A DNA stretch of 64,000 bases from an uncultured virus (IMG/VR IMGVR_UViG_3300006120_000013) (Duplodnaviria; Heunggongvirae; Uroviricota; Caudoviricetes), in the IMG/VR virus record IMGVR_UViG_3300006120_000013, one strand, 5' to 3'. Under the pieces are notes generated by a model. The model was not told the DNA's origin. It made no database searches and saw only the letters and a program-made list of their open reading frames with translations. Position 1 is the stretch's first letter. Each line of letters opens with the position of its first letter. A program made the position numbers and the translations under genes. Positions 1-10,034 of the stretch are shown here, one piece after another.

Positions 1-2
1 TA

Positions 3-854
3 CAAAGAGATTCATCAAATGGTGGTTTTAGTGCTACAATTATTAACGCATCAACACAATTGAATATTGCAGGTAATAAAGTCTTCGATAATACAGGTTC
101 TGCTCCTAATCAAATATTAGAAATGTTTACTCCACAAGGTAATCTTTCTATAGCAACTTCAACTTCAGGTGGAACAGTTACTGGAACATTATACGGTAAT
201 TGGACTCTTAATGGAACAAGTTTAACATTAGGAACAACTGGTACAAGCGGACTATTTAACGGTAATTGGTCCGGAACAGGTAACTGGACATTAGGTGGAA
301 CTAGTTCTACAGGAACACTTGCGGGAACTTGGGGTATAACTGGATCATGTACAATTAGTGGTACAACAACATTGTCTGCCGCTTCAATTGCATTAGGTAA
401 TTCTGCAGGAGGAACAACTGGTACTATTTACGGTGCATGGGCCCTAGGTACAGGTGCTACTTTAGAATCAACATATGCTGCTGATATTGCAGAGTATTAT
501 CAAGGTGATAAGACTTATGACGTTGGTACTGTTGTAATGATCGGTGGTGATTTTGATGTAACTCTTGCTAGTGGTTCTGGAACTACAAAAGTTGCAGGTG
601 TTATTAGTAATAATGCTGCTTATATAATGAACGGTTCCTGCCCAGGTCTAAAAAATCTTGTAGCATTACAAGGTCGCGTACCATGTAAAGTTATTGGTAA
701 AGTTGAAAAAGGTGATCTAATGGTAGTTGGTATTGTTCCAGGTGTTGCTATGGCATCTAGTGATCCAAAACCAGGTAGTATTATTGGTAAAGCCTTACAA
801 AATTATGATTCAGATCATGTTGGTATGATTGAGATTATGGTTGGTAAACACTAA
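3..854 (+). CDS. Tail fibre/spike, C-terminal part, with intramolecular-chaperone (peptidase G2-like) autocleavage domain; 5' truncated by the window edge
   Basis: Frame is open from position 3 (QRDSSNGG...). G/T-rich W-repeats are followed by ADIAEYY...GTVVMIGG...VAGVIS...VALQGRVPCKVIG...GKAL, typical of C-terminal chaperone domains of phage fibres. Confidence 0.75.
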   Translation, partial: QRDSSNGGFSATIINASTQLNIAGNKVFDNTGSAPNQILEMFTPQGNLSIATSTSGGTVTGTLYGNWTLNGTSLTLGTTGTSGLFNGNWSGTGNWTLGGTSSTGTLAGTWGITGSCTISGTTTLSAASIALGNSAGGTTGTIYGAWALGTGATLESTYAADIAEYYQGDKTYDVGTVVMIGGDFDVTLASGSGTTKVAGVISNNAAYIMNGSCPGLKNLVALQGRVPCKVIGKVEKGDLMVVGIVPGVAMASSDPKPGSIIGKALQNYDSDHVGMIEIMVGKH

Positions 855-860
855 TAAATA
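854..860 (+). promoter_or_regulatory. T4-like late promoter (ATAAATA)
   Basis: ATAAATA lies 17 nt before the ATG at 878; the same motif recurs before many structural genes. Confidence 0.65.
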
Positions 861-877
861 TTATAAAGGTAAAAAAT

Positions 878-1609
878 ATGGCTCTACAAGTTATTAATTT
901 AGGTAGTTTTGTAAACGACGGTACAGGAGATGACCTTCGTACGGCGTTTTCCAAAGTCAATGATAACTTTACAGAACTTGAATTACGAGGCGGACAAGCA
1001 AATACCATTTCAAACATAGGTACTGGCGTAGGATTATATAAAGAAAAAATTGGTGTTGACCTTAGATTAAAGTCTATAAAAGGTGGCACTGGTATTACAG
1101 TTGTATCTAATCCTAATGATGTAACTATTGAAGGTGTTTTAGCAAATGCTATTGTTACAGTTAACGGTGATGATGGAAGTATACATGCTACAATAAACAA
1201 TCAAGCAATTAATGTTGTGGGCGGAAATGGTATAGGAACTCATGTTTCTGGAACAACGTTAACAATTAATGGATATACATTAGAAACAGATACAAATCCA
1301 AGATTAAATGCAAATTTACAACTTAACGGTCATAATATTGTAGGTGGTTCAGGAACCACAATTACCGCAACAAATTTTGTGGGCAATTTAACTGGTAATG
1401 TTACTGGTAATTTAACTGGGAATGTTACTGGTTTAGTAAATGGACTAGATATTAGAGAAGTTTATAACGGTTTTGATGGATTTGATTTTGGGTATATAAC
1501 TCAGATTGTAAAAACTTTCCCTCAATTATACTTGACTACTAATTTAATTGATTTAGGGTCTTTTGTTAGTCCTTTAAGTATTACTATAGATGGGGGTACT
1601 ATAATATAA
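878..1609 (+). CDS. Baseplate wedge/tail-fibre connector protein with T4 gp9/gp10-like N-terminus
   Basis: N-terminal INLG..NDGTGDDLRTAFSKVNDNFTEL motif; GNLTGNVT repeats. Confidence 0.7.
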   Translation: MALQVINLGSFVNDGTGDDLRTAFSKVNDNFTELELRGGQANTISNIGTGVGLYKEKIGVDLRLKSIKGGTGITVVSNPNDVTIEGVLANAIVTVNGDDGSIHATINNQAINVVGGNGIGTHVSGTTLTINGYTLETDTNPRLNANLQLNGHNIVGGSGTTITATNFVGNLTGNVTGNLTGNVTGLVNGLDIREVYNGFDGFDFGYITQIVKTFPQLYLTTNLIDLGSFVSPLSITIDGGTII

Positions 1610-1610
1610 T

Positions 1611-1638
1611 TTCTAATGCGATAAATATTGCATAGGGA
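1611..1638 (+). promoter_or_regulatory. Late promoter ATAAATA (1621-1627) within a hairpin that covers the RBS of the 1648 gene
   Basis: ttctaatgcga-TAAATA-ttgcataggga is an imperfect inverted repeat. Confidence 0.5.
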
Positions 1639-1647
1639 TTATAAAAT

Positions 1648-4600
1648 ATGGCAAAACCACAGTGGACTTATCCTTCAAATACTAACTTAGCAACGATTAA
1701 GGAAAGAATACAGACTACAGTACCTATTCTCGTATTTGATAACGAAGATAGAAGTACAGTAGAAACTAAAAACTTCACCACAGAAGTTGATTCCACAATC
1801 TTGCCAATTTATAGCAATAGTTCTTTTTTCTGGGTTAAAAGCAAAGGACTTGCACAAACAGCCTGGATTGGAGAGCCTTCAGGATATAATAGATATACTC
1901 CTCTTGCACAAAATTATGTTTTTAAATTTCCTAGGGATCAAATCACAATTAACGGTGATCATACTACTGTTGTTCCAAGATTACATACTAATACACCTAC
2001 AAATGGATTTTTTGGTGTAGCAATAGATGGTGTTCCATTTAAAAGTACTAATTCTGGAAAACAGATAGTAATGAATCAAAAAACATATACTGAAAATTCG
2101 TATATATACCCATTACAAGATTTTTTTACTGACGGGTCTGGTATTATTGGTCCCGACAGACAGTTTTATTATCAAACTGATCCACGTTTAATTTATACAA
2201 AAGATTCATCTAAACACAGTCCAATTATCGGATATGCTTTTGATGGTAATCCTATATATGGACCTTATGGTTATGTTGATCCATTGCCACATACTGTAAC
2301 AGGACCTGATGGTAAACTTATAATCGAAGGAAATCCTGCTTTAAAGGTTATGGAATCTAGTTACAGAATAACAGAAGTTCAAAGATCTAACGGAACACTA
2401 CCTGACGGAACTTATATTGAAGATTTTGTTTATGAAAACGGATTAGGAGACCTCGACGAACATAATGGTCGTTATTGTAAAACTCCAGAATATCCAGGTG
2501 GAACATATGCTTATTTTATAACTGTTGATCCTTACGATGTTACTTTACCAAGATATCCTTACATTATTGGTCCTACTTATTATCAAGAGCCATTAATACC
2601 TAATGGCAGTCTTCCTTTTCCTGGAGAAATAACTTTAGAAGTTATTTCAGGAACTATTCCTAGAGGAATGAGAATACAAGATTTAACAATTACTGGAGTT
2701 CCTTTTGAAGTTGACATTCTTGAAAAATATAGATTTGTTTTAAGAGCAATAAATGCTGACGGATTTTCTGATAGAACTTATTCTATAACTGTAGATGGTC
2801 CAACTATTCCTGCATGGGAAACACCAGCGGGAGACTTAGAAATAGGAGCCTCCGGCCAAAGATCAACATTAAATGTTCAATTGTTAAAGACCGAAGCAAC
2901 TTCAGGATCTACTAGATTACAATTAGCTTCAGTTTTTGGTTTAAAAGTAGATAGTGTTGTTACTTGTGACAATTATCCTGGAGCTATATTAACAGATACC
3001 AAAATAATAAAAATAGATTATGTTAATAAGTTCATATATTTAGATAAACCTTTACAAAGTATAATACCAACCTTGTATTATCCTCCTAGTCCTTTATATA
3101 AATTTACCGTATACTCAGTTGGCAGTAATCTTGGTTTGCAAAATACTCTAGTAGTAAACTCAATTGATAATTTGTTAGTGGGAGATATTATTGTTGATTC
3201 TTCACTTACCAAATATCTCGCATTAGGTACTATTATTCAATCTATTGATTTTGAAGGTAAAATTCTTACACTCAGTAAACCACTACTGCAAACAATTCCG
3301 AATGGAACAAAATTCTTTGCAAGTCACCCTAATAATACAGAAATTAATTGCACTTATACTTTTTATCATACAAATTTGTTTGTTTTAGATAATCAATATG
3401 TTGATTATCAACTCAACGCCATTGATAGTGATACTGCTGCTGGTGCTACATTAACATATTCTATTCCTCCAAACGGTGGTACATTACCTTTAGGATTATC
3501 ATTATCATCCGACGGTGTAATATCTGGTTTTACTTCGGCATTATTAGCTAACGAACAAGTAGAAGATAATGGAAATTATGATATGCAACTTTACGACAAG
3601 TATGCATACGATTACGGTGTTAGACCTTATAACGGCTTTGATAGTTTTCTATATGACACTACAATTTATGATTATTGGAATAATACAATAACTCCAAGAA
3701 AACTTAATCGATATTATGAATTTAAAGTTAGGATCACTGACAGTGCTAATGGTTTATATTCTGATAGAAAATTTCGAATATTTGTCATAGGAGATACTTA
3801 TTTTAGAGCAGATACTACAGTATTACAAGTAGGTAATAGCATTTATACAACTGACGTTTCTGCTATACGTTCTCCTTACTGGCTCAGTCCATCATATTTA
3901 GGAAAGAGAAGAGCTAATAATTATATAACAACATTATTAGAAGTATTTGTATCACCAACATTATCGGGTGTTTTAGGATTTGTTTTAGACCCTGTTAACG
4001 ACGATGGAACTCCTAGTATTCTTCCTCCGGGTATGCAACTAGATCAAATTGCAGGATACATCTATGGTGATGTTCCTTACCAACCGGCGGTAACTAAAAC
4101 GTATAAATTTACTGTTAGAGCAATAAATTATGATCCTGCTAATCCAATCTATAGTCATGCTGCATTTACAACTCAAAATATTTCAGCTGGCCAATATACA
4201 TTATATGTAGATTCTGTTTCAGATATTGAAATCAATAGTTTAATTACACAACCACCAGGAACATCATATATAACTCCAGGTTCTGTCATATCTGGAATTG
4301 ATGTACATAATAAAACAATTACACTCAATACACCGATATTAACAACTATACCATCAGGAACAAGATTCTTATTCAGTTATCTTGCTAGTACGGCTAAAAC
4401 CTTTACTATAGATATACTTGGTCAAGTTGACAGTACTATCCAATTTATTACTCCTGGAAATCTTGGAACTATACCTGCTAACTTTATTAGCCAATTATCA
4501 GTTGTAGCTAAAACAACTGTTCCAAATGCTGTATTAAATTATACATTAATGGGAGGAAGTTTACCACCTGGACTAACTTTAGTTAATGACGGTACTATAC

Positions 4601-5655
4601 AAGGAAAAGTTAATCAATATGCTACAACAAGTAATCCCGGATTAACTAGTTTTGATGGCAACAAAACAACTTTTGACAAATTTAATACTACTATAGATCG
4701 AGACTATAAATTTATTGTTCTCGCACAAGATCAATTTAAACTTAGTGCAGTTACAAAAGTCTTTACTGTATCTATAACTACTCCTAATAATTTACTTTAT
4801 AGTAATCTTTATGTGAAACCATTTTTAACTTCTACTAAAAGATCTGAGATTGCTTCATTTTTTAGTAACACAAGTATTTTTGATCTAAGTATGATTTATA
4901 GATCAAGCGATCCCGAGTTTGGTATACAATCACAATTAAAGATGCTCTTATATGCAGGTATTCAGACAAAAGATGCTGCCGAATATGCTGCTGCTTTAAA
5001 TCGAAGTTCTAAAAAAAGATATCGTTTTGGAAGTGTTAAAAAAGCAATAGGAAAAACTCCAGGAACTAACAATATTGTATATGAAGTCATTTATGTGGAA
5101 ATTCTCGATGATTTAGAAAATAGTAATGGTAGTGTTTCTAGCCAGATTTCTACTAGATTTTTAGATAAAAAACAATCTGTAAATCAAGGAAGAAGAGATA
5201 CGTGGGACGCTCATCCAGATACCAATGTATCTGACAATTTATTATCATCAGCAGAAGACACATTGCCTAGAATCTGGATGCAAGATAAGATCTTATCTAC
5301 TGATCAAGGAAGTCAAAAAGTTAGTGATATCAATAAAACATCAGTTTTTGGAAATAGTACTACAAATATTAGAACTAATATTTCTAATATTGGTGATACT
5401 GAAAGAAACTTTTTACCACTCTGGATGAGAACTGCACAAACATATAGCGGTGTAGCACAAGGTTTTACAAAAGCAGTGGTTCTTTGTTATGCCTTACCCG
5501 GGTATGGTGACACAATTATTAATAATATAAAGAATTTAGGTATAGATTTTAAAAACATAGACTTTACAGTTGATCGTGTCATAATTGACTCAGTTGAAGG
5601 GCAAGTCGGCGATAAATATATCGCATTTGGAGCAAGAGAGATTATAAATGGCTAG
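1648..5655 (+). CDS. Large baseplate/virion structural protein with a YHYH-like domain and Ig-like repeats
   Basis: GVAIDGVPF, HSPIIGYAFDGNPIYGPYG and DLDEHNGR..TPEYPGGTYAYF match the YHYH-domain pattern; repeated G.LP.GL.L...G.I.G Ig-like units; structural gene context. Confidence 0.65.
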   Translation: MAKPQWTYPSNTNLATIKERIQTTVPILVFDNEDRSTVETKNFTTEVDSTILPIYSNSSFFWVKSKGLAQTAWIGEPSGYNRYTPLAQNYVFKFPRDQITINGDHTTVVPRLHTNTPTNGFFGVAIDGVPFKSTNSGKQIVMNQKTYTENSYIYPLQDFFTDGSGIIGPDRQFYYQTDPRLIYTKDSSKHSPIIGYAFDGNPIYGPYGYVDPLPHTVTGPDGKLIIEGNPALKVMESSYRITEVQRSNGTLPDGTYIEDFVYENGLGDLDEHNGRYCKTPEYPGGTYAYFITVDPYDVTLPRYPYIIGPTYYQEPLIPNGSLPFPGEITLEVISGTIPRGMRIQDLTITGVPFEVDILEKYRFVLRAINADGFSDRTYSITVDGPTIPAWETPAGDLEIGASGQRSTLNVQLLKTEATSGSTRLQLASVFGLKVDSVVTCDNYPGAILTDTKIIKIDYVNKFIYLDKPLQSIIPTLYYPPSPLYKFTVYSVGSNLGLQNTLVVNSIDNLLVGDIIVDSSLTKYLALGTIIQSIDFEGKILTLSKPLLQTIPNGTKFFASHPNNTEINCTYTFYHTNLFVLDNQYVDYQLNAIDSDTAAGATLTYSIPPNGGTLPLGLSLSSDGVISGFTSALLANEQVEDNGNYDMQLYDKYAYDYGVRPYNGFDSFLYDTTIYDYWNNTITPRKLNRYYEFKVRITDSANGLYSDRKFRIFVIGDTYFRADTTVLQVGNSIYTTDVSAIRSPYWLSPSYLGKRRANNYITTLLEVFVSPTLSGVLGFVLDPVNDDGTPSILPPGMQLDQIAGYIYGDVPYQPAVTKTYKFTVRAINYDPANPIYSHAAFTTQNISAGQYTLYVDSVSDIEINSLITQPPGTSYITPGSVISGIDVHNKTITLNTPILTTIPSGTRFLFSYLASTAKTFTIDILGQVDSTIQFITPGNLGTIPANFISQLSVVAKTTVPNAVLNYTLMGGSLPPGLTLVNDGTIQGKVNQYATTSNPGLTSFDGNKTTFDKFNTTIDRDYKFIVLAQDQFKLSAVTKVFTVSITTPNNLLYSNLYVKPFLTSTKRSEIASFFSNTSIFDLSMIYRSSDPEFGIQSQLKMLLYAGIQTKDAAEYAAALNRSSKKRYRFGSVKKAIGKTPGTNNIVYEVIYVEILDDLENSNGSVSSQISTRFLDKKQSVNQGRRDTWDAHPDTNVSDNLLSSAEDTLPRIWMQDKILSTDQGSQKVSDINKTSVFGNSTTNIRTNISNIGDTERNFLPLWMRTAQTYSGVAQGFTKAVVLCYALPGYGDTIINNIKNLGIDFKNIDFTVDRVIIDSVEGQVGDKYIAFGAREIING

Positions 5656-6460
5656 TAATATTAATTATATCAGTATTGATGCAACATACCCTATCGCAGG
5701 ACAAGATAACGATAGTCAAGGTTTTAGAGATAATTACACAGTTATCAAAAACAACTTTCAAGTAGCACAGGGTGAAATCACCGATTTACAGCTTAATACT
5801 GCTAGACTTGACCAAGGTAACGTTAATTTTAATAATAATACAATTAGTTATGTAAATCTCAGCATATTTACTCAAGGTGTATATAATGGTGGATTAGTTA
5901 GTTCTTCACCACTATTAGTTGATTATAGAAGTGGGCCTTATCAAATCTTCAACATCAGCAATGATGTTATTTTTAATATATCTGGATTTCCTAATCTAAC
6001 TAATTTGTCTAAACTAACAATGGAATTAACTGCTGATGACACTCTAAGAAATGTTACATTTTCATTTGCTGGATCAACTGCTGTTAAATATAGCGGTCGC
6101 TGGTATTCAAAAACTGTCGGAACAGTTAGTAATGTATTAGGTAGTGGCCCATGGACTGCAACTATTTCTGGATTGATTTCAACTACTGGTTTTTCCGTTG
6201 GTCAAACAATAACTGCTGTTTCTGAAACTGGTTCAATAGGAACTGGCACTGTTACTGTAACAGGTATTCCAACTTCTTCATCTATAACAATTCAAGTTGC
6301 TGCCGGTGGAACTACTCCTGTTCCTGGAATAGTTAGTTCTATTACATCATCATCGACCACAATTCCTGTAATAAGTTCAGTCAATCCTGTAATTTTTGAA
6401 TTTTGGACACATGATGGCGGAAATACGTTTTATGCAGATTATAGAGGACAATATACATAA
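5648..6460 (+). CDS. Virion structural protein (baseplate/tail)
   Basis: N-terminal IDATYPIAGQDNDSQGFRDN plus coiled coil, S/T/G-rich beta region; ATAAATA at 5612-5618 and GGAG upstream. Confidence 0.55.
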   Translation: MASNINYISIDATYPIAGQDNDSQGFRDNYTVIKNNFQVAQGEITDLQLNTARLDQGNVNFNNNTISYVNLSIFTQGVYNGGLVSSSPLLVDYRSGPYQIFNISNDVIFNISGFPNLTNLSKLTMELTADDTLRNVTFSFAGSTAVKYSGRWYSKTVGTVSNVLGSGPWTATISGLISTTGFSVGQTITAVSETGSIGTGTVTVTGIPTSSSITIQVAAGGTTPVPGIVSSITSSSTTIPVISSVNPVIFEFWTHDGGNTFYADYRGQYT

Positions 6461-6461
6461 T

Positions 6462-6695
6462 ATGCATCCTCTGCAATCTGATATTACTGACTTAACTGAT
6501 CAAGAACTAGAAAATAAAATTCAGGAACTTAGTAAAAAATATTTTCAAGCTCTTAGATTTGTTCCAGGTGCTGCTTACCAAGTTTCAATGATATTAGAAG
6601 GATATCGTTGGGAACAACAAAGAAGAATAATTAACAAAGAAAAACAAAAAGGCCCCGACGATCCGTCATTTGATGATCTTATTAATGTTGATTAG
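6462..6695 (+). CDS. Hypothetical protein (77 aa, coiled coil)
   Basis: ATG directly follows the upstream stop; MHPLQSDITDLTDQELENKIQEL. Confidence 0.6.
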   Translation: MHPLQSDITDLTDQELENKIQELSKKYFQALRFVPGAAYQVSMILEGYRWEQQRRIINKEKQKGPDDPSFDDLINVD

Positions 6696-6724
6696 TTGAC
6701 TTTTTTCAAAACATCTGTTAAATT
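6696..6724 (+). promoter_or_regulatory. Sigma70-like early/middle promoter TTGACT-N17-TAAATT
   Basis: Exact 17-nt spacing; ATG follows 6 nt later with no SD sequence. Confidence 0.55.
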
Positions 6725-6730
6725 AAGATT

Positions 6731-7384
6731 ATGACAGACGAAATTATACCTCACGCATGGCCTACTGAATTTTCATGTTTAATTTATGTAGATGATCTTA
6801 TCTTAATAAACAATTACAAATTTGAAGTTGGATTTGATACAGCAAGTTCTAATCCAATTTTACACGACGTAGCATTTGAAAAGGTACAAATGTTTTTTGA
6901 CATTCTTATGAATAATAGTATCCTTATTTCTAAGACGTCTTTTAGAGAGAAGAAATTTAATTTTGGCAATAATTATGTTGAATTGCCAGATATGCTTAAT
7001 GATCAGACATTAGGTGCTGTTATATTTTCAAAACTTATATCTTTAGTAGGAGAAGATTTAATAATAAGTTATGTTAAAGTGTCTAGTGAATTAGGTAGAA
7101 ATATACGTTTTACTATTGACGATAATTCTCCCGAATTACATATTCTTCTTCCTAATAAAGAAGATTGGTGGGAAAATGATGAAATTAAAAATCAACCATG
7201 GTGGATGAGACCAGATACTGCAACATATGATGAAGTATTATCAGGAGAAGACATTTATAAGGGAGAATTTGATTGGAACGAACACTTTGGTGAAGATTTA
7301 GAAAGAGCAAAGAATTTAGATATTAAAAAAACTAAGTTTGAAATTATACATGGCGGAAAAGATGAAATTAAACCAAATAAGTGA
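6731..7384 (+). CDS. Hypothetical protein
   Basis: 217-aa ORF with its own promoter; no clear motif recognised. Confidence 0.65.
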   Translation: MTDEIIPHAWPTEFSCLIYVDDLILINNYKFEVGFDTASSNPILHDVAFEKVQMFFDILMNNSILISKTSFREKKFNFGNNYVELPDMLNDQTLGAVIFSKLISLVGEDLIISYVKVSSELGRNIRFTIDDNSPELHILLPNKEDWWENDEIKNQPWWMRPDTATYDEVLSGEDIYKGEFDWNEHFGEDLERAKNLDIKKTKFEIIHGGKDEIKPNK

Positions 7385-7889
7385 GCCAATATTTACAAGT
7401 CAAGATCTTATACAAGAAATATATCATGGAAATTTAAAAAAATTAAGTCTATCTAAAGTAGACGAACACGATCTTGATTATATGTCATATATAGAATTTG
7501 TAAATAATAATAAATTAAGGGACTGGCCTTGTCCAGATGCTTATTTAGGAGAAAATAGAACTCAAAAAGAGTATGATTCTTTATTGCAATCACAATGGTT
7601 TATGCCTGAGAAATATAAAAACTTTGATATTGAAGAATATGTTCTATCTTTGTGTGAGAATAAAATACAAACAGATAGAATAAATTTAGAACTAAAATTA
7701 TTTAAAAAATACAACATGATTCCACTATTAAGATTCCTTAAATATCTGGTTGAAAAAATGAGGGAAGATAAAATAGTATGGGGAGTTGGAAGAGGTTCTA
7801 GTGTTGCTAGTTATTGTCTCTATCTTTTAGGAGTTCACAAAATAGATTCGATTAAATACAACCTAGATATTAAAGAATTCTTAAAATAG
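7362..7889 (+). CDS. DNA polymerase III alpha (DnaE)-like fragment
   Basis: R...EL..F.K...FL.YLV..MRE..IVWGVGRGSSVASYCLYLLGVHKIDSIKYNL matches the DnaE GRGS region; the ORF ends before the catalytic DxD motif. Confidence 0.7.
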   Translation: MKLNQISEPIFTSQDLIQEIYHGNLKKLSLSKVDEHDLDYMSYIEFVNNNKLRDWPCPDAYLGENRTQKEYDSLLQSQWFMPEKYKNFDIEEYVLSLCENKIQTDRINLELKLFKKYNMIPLLRFLKYLVEKMREDKIVWGVGRGSSVASYCLYLLGVHKIDSIKYNLDIKEFLK

Positions 7890-7899
7890 GAGATTTACA

Positions 7900-8199
7900 G
7901 TGGTTAGAAAAACATATAGAAGTCTACAAGGAAAAATAGTAGACATGGAATTACTTGCTCAGAAAAACGAATTAACTCCAGCAATTGGAAATGTTCGCGT
8001 TAATGCCAGAGGTGATGAGTTAGGCCCTGGTGGAAAAATTATACGTAAAAGAGAGGATATCATAGCAGAATACTATGAGAATAATCCTAATGCTGTTAAA
8101 GATGAGATGTATGTAAAACCAAGAAATAAAGATACTGAGTTAGAAACTCCACCTAAAGAGATTGAATCTACTAATAAAACTAGAGAAAAAAAGAACTAA
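7900..8199 (+). CDS. Hypothetical phage protein
   Basis: GTG start with AGGAG RBS; GNVRVNARGDELGPGGKII. Confidence 0.65.
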   Translation: MVRKTYRSLQGKIVDMELLAQKNELTPAIGNVRVNARGDELGPGGKIIRKREDIIAEYYENNPNAVKDEMYVKPRNKDTELETPPKEIESTNKTREKKN

Positions 8200-8208
8200 T
8201 TTACAAAA

Positions 8209-9708
8209 ATGCATCATGCATTAATATTTAACGTACATATATTTCACCGTCGTGTGCCCGGTGCTTACAGGATTGCAACCTTCTTAAGAGAAGAAGGTTG
8301 GGATGTTGAAGTTATTGATTGGGCTAACGAGTGGCCTGGAGAAGAAATAAAAGAATTATGTAGATCAAGAATTACAAAAGATACTGTTTTTTGTGGATTT
8401 AGTTGCTTTTTTGGCTATTGGCCCGATCATATGGAAGAACTATCACAATGGATTAAAAAAACATACCCAGATGTAAAATTAATTCTTGGTGGTTCAAGTA
8501 CTCCAAGAATGAAATCAACTTCTATAGACTATTTTATTCACGGTTATGGTGAAAAAGCATTATTAGAACTAATATCAAGTATCATAGGAAATACCCCTGG
8601 AAAAGGAATTAAATTTGATAAATCTTTTGGAAGAAAAAAAGTAATTAGAGCAATAGACGATTATCCTTCTTTCCCTATGAAAAAATTAATGATAAAATAT
8701 GAAAAACGAGATTTCATAGATCATAAAGAATGGCTCGGAATTGAATTTAGTCGAGGTTGTAAATTTAAATGTCTCTATTGTAATTTTCCTGTATTAGGAG
8801 TCAAAGGAGATTATACTAGAGATGCTGACGATTTTTATTATCAGATGAGAGATGCTTATGATCGTTGGGGAGTTACTGGATATGTTTGTGCAGACGAAAC
8901 ATTTAACGATTCCACCGAAAAACTTATTAAATTTGCCGATGCTGCTGAAAAACTTCCATTTGATCCATGGTTTAGTGGATTTATAAGAGCCGATTTATTA
9001 GTTTCAAGACCACAAGACCAAGAACACCTTGCAAGATTGGGATTCTTAGGACACTTTTATGGTATTGAAACTATGAATTATCAGACTGCTAAAGTAATTG
9101 GTAAAGGTATGCATCCAGATAAATTATTATCGGGATTATTAGAAGCAAAAAAGTACTTTCTTAATAATGGGCAAAAAAGATATAGAGGAGAAATTGCATT
9201 AGTATTAGGCTTACCACATGAAACTGAAGAAACTATACAAAAGTCTTTAAAATGGATTTCTGATAATTGGCAAGACGAATCACATAAAATTTGGCCTTTA
9301 GAAATACCCACTGACATTAAAGAAGATGTATTATCTGGATTGAGTTTAAATTATGAAAAATATGGATATAGAAAGTCTTCGAAAAGAATAAAAAAAGAAA
9401 TTAATCTTCCTCGCGAAGTTACACATGTCTCTAAAAATATGAACTGGGAAAACGACGATTTAAGTTTAATACGTTGTAAAGAAATTATCGACAACTGGTT
9501 TAATCATTCTATAAAAATGAAATATAATTTTCGACTTACTCCTTGGGAATTAGATTTGTATCTCAGTCACGGAAAAAATATAGACAATGTTTTAAACTTG
9601 ACATTGCAAGAAATATATCCTAAAATATTAGAAAAATCATGGGAAATACATAATTCTAGAGTTAAAAAATATATTAAGAAAAAACTTAATGTGAAAGGTA
9701 AAAAATGA
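8209..9708 (+). CDS. Radical SAM protein with a probable N-terminal B12-binding domain
   Basis: SRGCKFKCLYC (CxxxCxxC), DETFN, GIET, LGLPHET; N-terminal IA.FLRE.G.DVEVID...ILGG pattern. Confidence 0.8.
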   Translation: MHHALIFNVHIFHRRVPGAYRIATFLREEGWDVEVIDWANEWPGEEIKELCRSRITKDTVFCGFSCFFGYWPDHMEELSQWIKKTYPDVKLILGGSSTPRMKSTSIDYFIHGYGEKALLELISSIIGNTPGKGIKFDKSFGRKKVIRAIDDYPSFPMKKLMIKYEKRDFIDHKEWLGIEFSRGCKFKCLYCNFPVLGVKGDYTRDADDFYYQMRDAYDRWGVTGYVCADETFNDSTEKLIKFADAAEKLPFDPWFSGFIRADLLVSRPQDQEHLARLGFLGHFYGIETMNYQTAKVIGKGMHPDKLLSGLLEAKKYFLNNGQKRYRGEIALVLGLPHETEETIQKSLKWISDNWQDESHKIWPLEIPTDIKEDVLSGLSLNYEKYGYRKSSKRIKKEINLPREVTHVSKNMNWENDDLSLIRCKEIIDNWFNHSIKMKYNFRLTPWELDLYLSHGKNIDNVLNLTLQEIYPKILEKSWEIHNSRVKKYIKKKLNVKGKK

Positions 9709-10034
9709 AAATTAGACCAATTCTTGATCATGTAATTGTGGAAGATATGGAATTCGGTGAGCAACGAACTGCTAGCGGAATTATTATTGTTGACGATGAT
9801 GGGAAACAACATGGTATTAAACCTCGTTGGGGTAAAGTTTATGCTGTTGGACCTAAACAAGAAGATGTTAAGCCGGGCGATTGGATCCTTATAGAACATG
9901 GTCGTTGGACTAGAGGATTTAATTTTACAAACGACGATGGCTCTATTTTTACTTTGCGTAGAGTGGACACTGATGCTATTATAATGTCAAGTGATAGAAA
10001 ACCCACTGACACTTATACAGCAGGTGAAATATGA
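9705..10034 (+). CDS. groES: Co-chaperonin GroES
   Basis: KIRPILDHVIV, TASGIII, GKVYAVGP, VKPGD. Confidence 0.9.
   Translation: MKIRPILDHVIVEDMEFGEQRTASGIIIVDDDGKQHGIKPRWGKVYAVGPKQEDVKPGDWILIEHGRWTRGFNFTNDDGSIFTLRRVDTDAIIMSSDRKPTDTYTAGEI

Noticed and set aside
6731..7384. Possible QueD-like T-fold in this hypothetical protein
   Set aside because: Only a vague pattern resemblance and no His metal-binding motif; it cannot be supported without a profile search.
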